DNA of 63,089 bases, counting the filler, from Deltaproteobacteria bacterium (lineage in GTDB: Bacteria > JACQOV01): assembly GCA_016202395.1 (NCBI GenBank). It is 4 parts of 4 records of this genome, joined end to end, with 100 filler letters (N's around TTAATTAATTAA, not from the genome) between each part and the next. Parts side by side here need not be neighbours in the genome. Positions count along the whole stretch, not along the records: positions 1 to 30,370 come from JACQOV010000049.1; positions 30,471 to 46,804 come from JACQOV010000048.1; 2 more parts are not named here. The stretch is one strand, 5' to 3'. Within the stretch, counting starts at the first letter, position 1; each line of letters opens with the position of its first letter. Positions 27,485-36,147 of the stretch are shown piece by piece. The translations under genes were made by a program, and so were the position numbers. The notes beneath the pieces are model-generated. The model made no database searches. It worked only from the letters and a program-made list of their open reading frames with translations, and was not told where the DNA came from.

Positions 27485-27528
27485 ATTTTTTTTAGAGGTG
27501 CCCTTTAGGAGACCTTTAGGAGAAATGT

Positions 27529-28902
27529 TTGGTCACTCACCCCCAAAAGGCAAAACCCGAATGGACGGATTTCCGTCAGGAAACGCAAGCGCTCACTCTC
27601 TCACGGCTCAAGTGGGGCGCCGTTTTAGCAATTCTTTTTTTCCCGCTGTTTGGTTTTGTCGACGCTATTGTCTATCCCGAATCTTGGCATGTCCTTTTAT
27701 CTTTGAGAATTTTCTGTAGCGTTATTTTAATCTCTCTCTTTGCGGTCGCTGTTTACACTTCCTGGGGGCATCATCATTTAGAATGGCTCGGCATCGCAGG
27801 TTGTTTAATCCTTGGAGCCGTACAAGTTGCGATTCTCAAGGTGGCGGAGGGGTATGCCAGCCCTTATTATGTGGGGCTCATTATATTCGGTTTAACGGTC
27901 GCTTTGCTGATTCCTTGGAGCGCGAAAGAAACTTTCATTGTGTGCCTGTTTCTCTACCTTCTTTATTTCGTTCCAATGATCTTAACCGAGGAGATTGCCG
28001 ATTTCCCCCTTTTTCTCTGCTACAACGCGCTTTTGTTAACGTCCCTGGGGATTGCGGTCGCAGGTTCTTATCTTGTCCATGGGCTTCGCGCCCAGGAGTA
28101 TCGAACTCGGCGTCGACTGGCCGAGACGCTCATTCAATTGAAAGAGACTCAATCCGATTTGATCCATGCGGAGAAAATGTCCGCGTTAGGGCAGTTGGTG
28201 GCGGGTGTGGCTCACGAAATCAATAACCCAATGGGTTATGCTTATTTAAGTTTGTCAAATCTGCAGAGTAGCTGGGAGGCGATCCAACCATGGATGACGC
28301 GAGCGATCTCTTCGAATGTTTCTGATTCCGCCCAGGTCTCTCAAGATTCAGCCCATATCGAGGAGGCGATGTCTACGCTCAAGGAAGGGCTGGATCGGAC
28401 GCGGGATATTGTGTCGCTCCTTCGCACTTTCGCTGAGAAAGAGAAAGGGAATCTTGTCCCTGCAAATCTTCACGAGGGATTGGATTCAACTCTAGCTTTA
28501 CTGAAGTACGAGTTGGGATCTCGCGTCAAGATTCATCGGGAGTTTGGAGAGGTTCCTCACGTTCCCTGCTTGCCAGGCCAAATGAATCAGGTTTTTATGA
28601 ACATTCTTCACAATGCGATTCAGGCCATTCCTGGCGCAGGAGATATCTGGATCACAACGGAGCATGTGAACGATACGGTCCGGATCTCCATTAGAGATAA
28701 TGGGACAGGGATCTCTCCCGAGATTCAGAGCAAGATCTTTGACCCTTTTTTTACGACAAAAGAGGTGGGGAAAGGAACGGGATTGGGGCTGAGCATCTCA
28801 GATCGGATCATCCAAAATCATGGAGGTTCGATCAAAGTTTTCAGTGAAGTGGGGAAAGGAGCCGAGTTTATCATTGAAATTCCTGTCCACCCCTCTAAGT
28901 AA
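27529..28902 (+). CDS. Membrane sensor histidine kinase
   Basis: About 6 TM helices, AGVAHEINNP H-box, NAIQA, DNGTG, FDPFFTTK, GTGLGLS. Confidence 0.92.
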   Translation: MVTHPQKAKPEWTDFRQETQALTLSRLKWGAVLAILFFPLFGFVDAIVYPESWHVLLSLRIFCSVILISLFAVAVYTSWGHHHLEWLGIAGCLILGAVQVAILKVAEGYASPYYVGLIIFGLTVALLIPWSAKETFIVCLFLYLLYFVPMILTEEIADFPLFLCYNALLLTSLGIAVAGSYLVHGLRAQEYRTRRRLAETLIQLKETQSDLIHAEKMSALGQLVAGVAHEINNPMGYAYLSLSNLQSSWEAIQPWMTRAISSNVSDSAQVSQDSAHIEEAMSTLKEGLDRTRDIVSLLRTFAEKEKGNLVPANLHEGLDSTLALLKYELGSRVKIHREFGEVPHVPCLPGQMNQVFMNILHNAIQAIPGAGDIWITTEHVNDTVRISIRDNGTGISPEIQSKIFDPFFTTKEVGKGTGLGLSISDRIIQNHGGSIKVFSEVGKGAEFIIEIPVHPSK

Positions 28903-29938
28903 GTGGGTGTTGTTGAGTAATGCAGTGAAAAGCCCCCAGCCCAATCACCACATCCTTACAGGAAATGCCAACGACTCGTCGTTCCGGGAAAAGTTTTTGG
29001 AGCGTGTTTAAAGCTTTCCCATCGTTGGGATGATCGAAAGTGGGGACCAGAACCACGCGATTCCCGATATAAAAATTCGCGTAGCTTGCGGGGAGTCGGA
29101 CCCCTTCGTATTCCACGGGATCGGGCATGGGAAGTGTTATCACCTGGAGTCGATTCCCGTCGGCGTCGGTCATCCTTTGCAAACGTTCGTAATTTTCTTG
29201 CAGGGGGCCGTAGTTTTCGTCTTTTCGCCTCTCTTCGATCGCGCAGACGACGGTGCTGGGATTCACAAAGCGGGCGATGTCATCAACATGGCCGTCGGTG
29301 TCATCTCCAATAATCCCCTCTTTGAGCCAAAGAATGTGTCGAACGCCAAGATATTCTTTCAAATAGTTTTCGATCTCCTCTTTCGAGAGAGTGGGATTCC
29401 GATTCGGGTTGAGCAAACATTGTTCCGTGGTGAGGAGTGTCCCGTGGCCATTCCCTTCGATGGATCCTCCTTCTAAAACGATCCCAGGACGGTAAATGGG
29501 AAGCTCCAGTTGTTCAGCCATTTTCTCCGGGAGAATGTTGTCCCCTTCCCATTCCATGTACTTTTTTCCCCAAGCGTTAAAGATCCAATCGACCATCGCA
29601 AGCCGCTTTTTCCCGTTTTCTTCCTTGACAAGAAATATCGGGCCGGTGTCGCGGAGCCAGGCATCGATGGTCGGTATCGGATAAAAGCGGATATTTTGAA
29701 GCGGAACGCTGGCTTGAATAAGGAGTTGCCGAGCCTGTTCCTCCATCTTGGAATCGTTGACGAGCAGAAAGATTTTTTCTCCTTCTTGAAGCGCGCGGAT
29801 CATCTCGATCCAGATCGGAGGAATGGCTTGAAGCCGCTCGAACCAAGTTCCTCGGCTATGAGGCCAAGCGATCCAGGTTCCCAGATGCGGTTCCCACTCT
29901 GCGGGCCATCGAAATCCATCTTGACGAGGTGTGCTCAT
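28895..29938 (-). CDS. aguA: Agmatine deiminase
   Basis: PAEWEPH, WLRDTGP, LEGGSI, DTDGHVD, ASYANF, GAFHCITQQ. Confidence 0.95.
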   Translation of the reverse strand: MSTPRQDGFRWPAEWEPHLGTWIAWPHSRGTWFERLQAIPPIWIEMIRALQEGEKIFLLVNDSKMEEQARQLLIQASVPLQNIRFYPIPTIDAWLRDTGPIFLVKEENGKKRLAMVDWIFNAWGKKYMEWEGDNILPEKMAEQLELPIYRPGIVLEGGSIEGNGHGTLLTTEQCLLNPNRNPTLSKEEIENYLKEYLGVRHILWLKEGIIGDDTDGHVDDIARFVNPSTVVCAIEERRKDENYGPLQENYERLQRMTDADGNRLQVITLPMPDPVEYEGVRLPASYANFYIGNRVVLVPTFDHPNDGKALNTLQKLFPERRVVGISCKDVVIGLGAFHCITQQHPLT

Positions 29939-29962
29939 CGTTGTTATTTCCAGGATGAAAAT

Positions 29963-30370
29963 TTAATCGATGAAACGTTGAGTTAAAGGTTTGTAGGCAT
30001 CGATCCGACGGTCTCGCAGAAAAGGCCACTCTTGGCGTGTTTCATCTACTTTGGACAGATCGCAAGTAGCGATGACGATCTCTTCTTTATCGTGGCTTCC
30101 CTGAGCTATCGACTCTCCAAACGGACCACTGATAAAGGATCCTCCCCAAAATCGGAGCTTCCCTTCAATTCCGACCCGATTGGCCGCCGCGACATACACT
30201 CCATTGGCAACGCCATGACTCCGTTGAATGATCTCCCAGGCTTGGGAGTACGATTGAGTGATCTCCTTTTTTGCGCGAGTGAGCCAACCAATGGCCGTGG
30301 GGTAAAACAGGATCTGAGCCCCTTGGAGAGCTGTTAGGCGGGCCGCTTCTGGAAACCACTGGTCCCAGCA
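29963..30370 (-). CDS. aguB: Carbon-nitrogen hydrolase (N-carbamoylputrescine amidase), 5' part lost at contig end
   Basis: Minus-strand CWDQWFPEAAR...FYPTAIGW...AANRVG...WPFLRDRR; adjacent to aguA. Confidence 0.88.
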   Translation of the reverse strand, partial: CWDQWFPEAARLTALQGAQILFYPTAIGWLTRAKKEITQSYSQAWEIIQRSHGVANGVYVAAANRVGIEGKLRFWGGSFISGPFGESIAQGSHDKEEIVIATCDLSKVDETRQEWPFLRDRRIDAYKPLTQRFID

Positions 30371-30470
30371 NNNNNNNNNNNNNNNNNNNNNNNNNNNNNN
30401 NNNNNNNNNNNNNNTTAATTAATTAANNNNNNNNNNNNNNNNNNNNNNNNNNNNNNNNNNNNNNNNNNNN
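30371..30470. other. Artificial contig linker
   Basis: N44-TTAATTAATTAA-N44 (stops in all six frames). Confidence 0.98.
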
Positions 30471-30586
30471 CTCCAGCAAGATTCTCACCACATTATTTCC
30501 TACTAACCCAGTCGCTCCCGTCACCAAAGTTTTCATTAATTTTCCCCCTTGACAATTAATACTATTTAAACTATACTCTCAATAGT

Positions 30587-30847
30587 ATGAAATATACCAA
30601 ACGCGCCCAAGTTCTCTTAACTCCTAAACAATACAACACCCTTCTGGCCCATGCCAAGGAAGAGCATCTCTCCTTAGGAGAGTTTCTCCGCGACTGGATC
30701 GAACGGGAATTTATCTCTCAAAAAGAGAAAGAACAACGCCGTAGCGCAGTTCAAGAACTCTTGTCGGGGAAATTTTCCACTCCCCAACCCTTCGATCACA
30801 CTCCGTGGAAACAGGAATACGAAAAAATAAAAGGACACATCCATTGA
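30587..30847 (+). CDS. Ribbon-helix-helix antitoxin
   Basis: KRAQVLLT...LSLGEFLRDWI; stop overlaps the PIN start; TTGACA-17-TATACT upstream. Confidence 0.8.
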   Translation: MKYTKRAQVLLTPKQYNTLLAHAKEEHLSLGEFLRDWIEREFISQKEKEQRRSAVQELLSGKFSTPQPFDHTPWKQEYEKIKGHIH

Positions 30848-31263
30848 TCTATTTTCTAGATTCCAACGTTATCCTCTACGCCGTTGGAAAGGAACATCTT
30901 TATCGAGAACCTTGCGCTGAAATCCTTAGAAAATCAGAAAATGAAGAGATCGAGCTCATCATCAGCACAGAAATTATCCAAGAAATACTCTATTTTTATT
31001 CCGTTCGAAATCTTAGATCAAAAGGACTTGCCGTTGCAGAAAAAGTTATCCAGATAACTCGAGAAATTCTTTCTGTCGATCGAATCGATATCGAAAAAGC
31101 GATGGAGCTGATGCAAGACAACCCGCCTCTAAAACCACGCGATGCCATTCATGCCGCCGTTATGCTCAATCACGACTCTCTCTACATTCTTAGCGCCGAC
31201 GCCGATTTCGATCAACTCCCCCAAATCCAACGAATCGATCCCTTAAAATTTGAAGAGTTTTGA
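30844..31263 (+). CDS. VapC/PIN toxin
   Basis: FLDSNVILY, EIIQE, RDAIHAA, SADADFD. Confidence 0.9.
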   Translation: MIYFLDSNVILYAVGKEHLYREPCAEILRKSENEEIELIISTEIIQEILYFYSVRNLRSKGLAVAEKVIQITREILSVDRIDIEKAMELMQDNPPLKPRDAIHAAVMLNHDSLYILSADADFDQLPQIQRIDPLKFEEF

Positions 31264-31302
31264 TTTTTCATTGTTCTGGTTCAACACTTTGCCAATAGCA
31301 CC

Positions 31303-31707
31303 TTATGAAAGTAATCGCCAAAGATGATTCCCAAAAAAGTACCAACTCACCAAATCGGCTCCAATCCCTAAAACAGTGATAAACCCGATAACCTTCAGTT
31401 TGCTTTCAATAGCTCGATTTATAATAATCCCTCCATCTTCAGCTTGCATGTTGTTTTCCAGCTGTGCTAAGTTTTTCCCTTCATTAATGATTTGACCGTT
31501 TGCTTTAGCATTCATCTTATTACCTGCTTGTATCAAAAGATTCGCTTCATGCTCAATCAATCCCCCTTCCGAGACATTTTGCTCGATTCCTTTAATAAGA
31601 ATATTGGGAGATCGGATTCCAATAGTATCATCCCTATAAGCATTCATCTCTATCTTGACTCCTTCCTTTGAGTTATGCACAGATAACAATGGTTTCCTTT
31701 CATTCAT
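31303..31707 (-). CDS. Hypothetical protein with a C-terminal TM helix
   Basis: AAGGAG SD; short GGxIxNxA-like repeats; hydrophobic C-terminus. Confidence 0.55.
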   Translation of the reverse strand: MNERKPLLSVHNSKEGVKIEMNAYRDDTIGIRSPNILIKGIEQNVSEGGLIEHEANLLIQAGNKMNAKANGQIINEGKNLAQLENNMQAEDGGIIINRAIESKLKVIGFITVLGIGADLVSWYFFGNHLWRLLS

Positions 31708-31747
31708 CTTGATCTCTCCTTTCAACGGCAAAGCCGTCCCTTCGGAA

Positions 31748-32002
31748 TCAATACTCATCCACATGTTCGTGGACGATGATTTTGAGCATCGTTTGGTATC
31801 CAATACCACGCCTGTCAGCCTTTTCCCTGAGTTTCTCAATCAGAGCTGGATCCAAAAGAAGTGAGGTTGGCAATTGTCGGTGCCGAGGATGAATCACAAC
31901 GGCAGATCGGCTCCGAACAATATCTTGCCCCAAATCCTTCGATTCGAATTCTCGCAGCTGAGCGTCTTTGTCACGCCTTCTTTTAATAGATATTCCCTTC
32001 AT
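31748..32002 (-). CDS. BrnA/CopG-like antitoxin
   Basis: TSLLLDPALIEKLREKADRRGIGYQTMLK motif. Confidence 0.85.
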   Translation of the reverse strand: MKGISIKRRRDKDAQLREFESKDLGQDIVRSRSAVVIHPRHRQLPTSLLLDPALIEKLREKADRRGIGYQTMLKIIVHEHVDEY

Positions 32003-32185
32003 AAATACTCCTTTCATTCCGACGCATGGGTCGGCATGAAATAGGTCTTAATTTTTCTCCTCTACGAGTAAAAATGAGCGCTTGATATTCTTCTCTTTAT
32101 TTCCTTCATCCCAATCAAAATTCTCTGCATCCGGAACGAAATCTCCTAACCATTGGGCCATCTCAGGATCAGAAACCGCTCGCAT
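31983..32185 (-). pseudogene. BrnT toxin pseudogene (internal deletion plus frameshift)
   Basis: The N-part FDWDEGNKEKNIK and the C-part LIFTRRGEKLRPISCRPMRRNER are in different frames, and the usual central part is missing. Confidence 0.8.
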
Positions 32186-32278
32186 GTTTCTATAATAGCT
32201 ATTTTATAGCTATTTGTCAAGGCTCTAGCACTGTAGAGATGATTCGTTGTGAAGCCGTTTGAAAATAGGCGTTAAGTT

Positions 32279-33241
32279 TTATCCCTTGAGGGTTTCGAGA
32301 TGTTTCATGAAAATGGATTTTGTCTTTTGAGTGATATGAGAACTCACATCTTTCCATTCGAGTTGGGCCTTTTCTAACGCGGAGGCCCCTTCTCGTTTGA
32401 TATCCTGCCCCATCCGTTTCATAACCTCTCCCATCGCCTTCAATTCAATGGGGATGGAGGCCTCTCGGAGCTGATCCAACACATGCTCCAGGCGGGTTTC
32501 GGTCACAAACTCGATGGCAAACTCGGGAGCCCCGGGGAGAACCGCCTTCTCTTTGCGAGGTTGAAAAGGATGCCTTTGTTGGGAGGCCCGCTCGGCCCAT
32601 TTCCCGATCTTGTATTTCGCGATAATGAAGTTTCCCTGTTCATCCCACATCGGCTCCGGCGGCCGGATCACGACCCCCTCCATGGTGTTCTCTGGATCGA
32701 TAATCCCATTCTCCTCCCCCAAACGGGACATCGAATCGATAAAGGAATCGAAAACCTTCTGATCCGGTTTTCCACGGTAGAGAACCGGCATGGTTTTCAA
32801 GCCCACTTTCGCTCCCCACGAGCCAATCTGATCCTGTGGAACGTATCGCCCTTGGACTTTGACATCAAAGATCCGAAAATCGTTCCCCTTGAGATACCGA
32901 ATCCCCTTCTGGACCTGAGGCCATCCTTTCTTCGGAGTTCCACTCCCATGCCACTCGCCGAAGAGAATGACATCTTCGCCAGTAAAAGCTTCCTTCATGC
33001 TTCGATCCAACCCCACATCAAAGACCCATGAGATAAATCCCAAGCCTTCCTTGGTGTCAGGCCGAAGATCGGTAAACTCGAGCTTGCGACCCCCCAACCG
33101 CAAAACCCCATCGAGCCAACCGATCCGCATGGCGCTCCCATGGATCTTCTCTGTCACAATCACCTCCGGAAGCTCAAAGATCTTCGGCACCTCCTCGAGG
33201 TTCTCGATGTGTGGATACTGTGTAAATTTATCTTTGCTCAT
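32279..33241 (-). CDS. ATP-dependent RNA ligase (Rnl2-like)
   Basis: Nucleotidyltransferase motifs TEKIHG, LFGEW, FRIFDV, EGVVIRP, AKYK, plus a helical C-domain FVTETRLEHVL. Confidence 0.85.
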   Translation of the reverse strand: MSKDKFTQYPHIENLEEVPKIFELPEVIVTEKIHGSAMRIGWLDGVLRLGGRKLEFTDLRPDTKEGLGFISWVFDVGLDRSMKEAFTGEDVILFGEWHGSGTPKKGWPQVQKGIRYLKGNDFRIFDVKVQGRYVPQDQIGSWGAKVGLKTMPVLYRGKPDQKVFDSFIDSMSRLGEENGIIDPENTMEGVVIRPPEPMWDEQGNFIIAKYKIGKWAERASQQRHPFQPRKEKAVLPGAPEFAIEFVTETRLEHVLDQLREASIPIELKAMGEVMKRMGQDIKREGASALEKAQLEWKDVSSHITQKTKSIFMKHLETLKG

Positions 33242-33249
33242 ACTGGAAG

Positions 33250-33663
33250 CTACTCTTTATAGATCCAAGCGGCGACGAAGAGGCCCACGATGCCAGAGAT
33301 CATCCCTCCAATGAAGGTGCCCAAAGGAGCCGCTAAAGGAGCGACGCCGAACAACCCCATGTCCAAACTCATCGGACCCCACACGAGCAAGCTCCCCACC
33401 ACAGCGATGATCAAGGCCGTTTTGGGGCTTCCTCCCAGCCGAGGTCGAACCGCCGCATAGAACCAGGCCAAAAGCCCGCCGATACCGAACCGCGAAAGCA
33501 CACACCAAAGCATGGCTGGGTCGGGATTGGATTGGCCCGCATTGACCATCGCCTGCCAGGTTTCCCTTAAAAACACCCCATGGGTGATAAACTCCCCGAT
33601 ATTGATCAAAACCCCGGCCACCAGTCCCCCAAGGATCACTCTTTTAACATTGATTTGGCTCAT
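33250..33663 (-). CDS. Hypothetical 4-TM membrane protein
   Basis: Four hydrophobic segments; YAAVRPRLG; AGGAGG SD. Confidence 0.75.
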   Translation of the reverse strand: MSQINVKRVILGGLVAGVLINIGEFITHGVFLRETWQAMVNAGQSNPDPAMLWCVLSRFGIGGLLAWFYAAVRPRLGGSPKTALIIAVVGSLLVWGPMSLDMGLFGVAPLAAPLGTFIGGMISGIVGLFVAAWIYKE

Positions 33664-33720
33664 CGATTCCTCCTGTTAGAAGTAGTTCATGAGGTATTTT
33701 TGATCGTAGCGGCTCAAAAG

Positions 33721-35409
33721 TCAAATGACGGCGTCGAAGTGGGCATTGAGTTTTTTAAGACTCTCCAAAGGATTCCCATGGAGATGACAACGGATGACGC
33801 GACGGCTATGGCGACACAAAGCGTGAAAATCGCCAAGGGCCTGGGCCTTCTTCAAGATCCCAAAGCTGTAATGAGCGCTCGGGATGAGAACATCGGTGGG
33901 ATCGTCACTGGTAATTTGAATGAAAACGCCGCGGTTGGGGCCTCCTTTAAAAAGCTGTCCCGTGGAATGGAGATAGCGAGGCCCATAGCCCACGGAGGTC
34001 GGCGCCCGCAAAATGTGGAGCACCCCATGACGCATCGACTCGATCTCCTGATCGACCTCGGGGGTCTGAGGGAGATAGGCAAGCCAGGCTACAAATTCAC
34101 CGGGCTCTAAACGGGAGAGATGTGTGGCTAAAATCTCTTCCACGGTGGTCGCTTTCCCTGGCTTGAGCTTTAATCCCCCATCCGTGTAAATGGAGATTCT
34201 ATTCCCTTCCATCATCGGAGAGCCTTCGTCCAACCGTCCTTCTTGCTGAAACTTTTTAAGGAGCTCCGCTGTCACCTCCTTACTTTCTTTCACGTTCGGT
34301 TCATCTAAAGGATTGACTCCCAGGATCGCCCCTGCAACCACCGTGGCCATCTCCCACAAAAAAAACTCGCCCGCAACATCATACAAATCCTTTAATTCGA
34401 TCTGAACCACCGTATGCCCGGTGTCGGCAAGGGCCTTCATTTTGCCATCGAGATAGGCGCTCCCCGTTTTGGCGTATCGGAGATAAACGAAAAGGCGACT
34501 CGCATCGTACAACGGTGGATCCCCCACCGGCTCGCCATCGATGGGAACAATCCCCCTTTCCTCTTTTCCGAGACTTTCTGCAACCATCTGCTCAATCCAA
34601 CCTCCCAACAACGCGATTTCAGGAGAGAGCGCCAAAGTAAGATTCGGTTTTTGCGCCCGCGCCCCTTCTCCTAAAACAGCCCCAAGCCATAAACCCGGAT
34701 TATCGAGGGTGGAGTTTGTGGAAGAGCAAGCCTGAATCATCCGTGAGGCGTTCTCTAAAAACTTCGCGAGGTCCAGTCCTAAAAGAGCTGCAGGGATCAA
34801 CCCAAAATAAGAGAGGGCCGAGAAACGCCCTCCCACATCGGACGGATTGATAAAAGTTTTCCGAAACCCTTTTTCACGGGCCAAGCGCTCCAGTGGCGTC
34901 TCCGCATCCGTGATGGCCACAAACTGTTCGGGCTCCACTTTGGAAGAGAAGTAGCGATAAAAGGATTCCACTTCAAGAGTGGTCCCTGATTTTGATGAGA
35001 CAATGAAAACGGTCTCATCCAAGTCGATCTCTTGCTCCAGCCTCTGAACCATGGCAGGATCGGTCGAGTCGAGAACCTTCACTTGAAGATACCCTTCCAC
35101 CGAACCGAGCGTCTTGGATAAGATCTCGGCCGTAAGGCTCGATCCCCCCATCCCCAGGACTAATGCAAAGCGATACCCCTCTTGAACCAGCTCATCCGCA
35201 AACGCCTCCATCTCATCGACCTTCTCCTTCATTCGATCAACCAGGGTTAACCATCCCAAACGATTTCGGATGATTTCTTGATGCTCTAGATTGGAACTCC
35301 ACAAGGTGGGATCTTTTTGCCATAACCGCTTCACCCATTGCTCCGTCTCAAACACCTTCAGGCGTGAATCGATCGCTTGCTGCAATGCTGGATTCAAAGG
35401 ATAATTCAT
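33721..35409 (-). CDS. pgi: Glucose-6-phosphate isomerase (Tal/Pgi-type PGI domain)
   Basis: LGMGGSSL, SSKSGTT, VGGRFSALS, AESLGK, DEPNVKESK, GPRYLHSTGQ. Confidence 0.88.
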   Translation of the reverse strand: MNYPLNPALQQAIDSRLKVFETEQWVKRLWQKDPTLWSSNLEHQEIIRNRLGWLTLVDRMKEKVDEMEAFADELVQEGYRFALVLGMGGSSLTAEILSKTLGSVEGYLQVKVLDSTDPAMVQRLEQEIDLDETVFIVSSKSGTTLEVESFYRYFSSKVEPEQFVAITDAETPLERLAREKGFRKTFINPSDVGGRFSALSYFGLIPAALLGLDLAKFLENASRMIQACSSTNSTLDNPGLWLGAVLGEGARAQKPNLTLALSPEIALLGGWIEQMVAESLGKEERGIVPIDGEPVGDPPLYDASRLFVYLRYAKTGSAYLDGKMKALADTGHTVVQIELKDLYDVAGEFFLWEMATVVAGAILGVNPLDEPNVKESKEVTAELLKKFQQEGRLDEGSPMMEGNRISIYTDGGLKLKPGKATTVEEILATHLSRLEPGEFVAWLAYLPQTPEVDQEIESMRHGVLHILRAPTSVGYGPRYLHSTGQLFKGGPNRGVFIQITSDDPTDVLIPSAHYSFGILKKAQALGDFHALCRHSRRVIRCHLHGNPLESLKKLNAHFDAVI

Positions 35410-35504
35410 CGGATCAACAGTACTACTATAGAACGTTGTGCGGGGTCAAATGAGGATTGGGCGCTTGGTTTCCCGTCTTGAATCCGCTAGAATCACTCCT
35501 CGTG

Positions 35505-35777
35505 ATGGAACACACATGGATTGATTCGATAGGTTTGATCTCTGCGATCGCGCTGCCGTTTTTCAACATTCCCCTTATCATTCGAATGGTGAAACGGAAA
35601 TCCTCCGAGGATTTGAGTCTAATATGGGTTTTCGGCGTGTTCTTTTGTCTACTGGGACTGACCCCCGCGGCCTGGACCTCCTCGGATCCCGTCTTCAAAG
35701 CATTCTCAATCGTCAATCTCCTTTTCTTCTCCGGAGTGACTTTCCTCGTTGTGTTCTACCGCAAAAACAAAAAATAG
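35505..35777 (+). CDS. PQ-loop/SemiSWEET-like small membrane protein
   Basis: 3 TM; NIPLIIRMVKRKSSEDLS motif. Confidence 0.75.
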   Translation: MEHTWIDSIGLISAIALPFFNIPLIIRMVKRKSSEDLSLIWVFGVFFCLLGLTPAAWTSSDPVFKAFSIVNLLFFSGVTFLVVFYRKNKK

Positions 35778-35837
35778 GCTCCATCTTCGCAACAGCGATA
35801 AAAACGAATATCATTCTATTAAAAGGAGGTTCAAACT

Positions 35838-36128
35838 ATGGCACATTATGTTGTTTTGGGCAGTTTTAGCGAGCAAGGGATCCGCAACATTAAAGAGACG
35901 GCTAAGAGAGCACAAGCCTTCCGAGAAACCGCGAAGCAGATGGGGGTTACCTTAAAGGAGATCTTCTGGACTCTGGGGCATTACGATGTGATTGTCACAC
36001 TCGACGCTCCCAATGATGAAATGGTGACGGCTCTGATGATGAAAGTGGGATCGCTGGGCAATCTTAAATCTCAAACACTGCGCGCCTTTGACGAAAAAGA
36101 GGTCCAATCTTTGCTTACGAAACTATAG
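35838..36128 (+). CDS. GYD-domain protein
   Basis: FSEQGIRNIK, WTLGHYD, GNLKSQTLRAF. Confidence 0.88.
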   Translation: MAHYVVLGSFSEQGIRNIKETAKRAQAFRETAKQMGVTLKEIFWTLGHYDVIVTLDAPNDEMVTALMMKVGSLGNLKSQTLRAFDEKEVQSLLTKL

Positions 36129-36147
36129 TGATGGCTCTATTAAGGAG

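Noticed and set aside
27020-27719. Short ORFs overlapping ssrA
   Set aside because: Explained by the tmRNA and the kinase start.
27484-28902. Genomic island integrated at ssrA
   Set aside because: No integrase and no duplicated ssrA 3' end were seen in the contig.
30371-30470. TTAATTAATTAA palindrome within N runs (also 46805 and 56983)
   Set aside because: Identical artificial contig-joining spacer, not biological.
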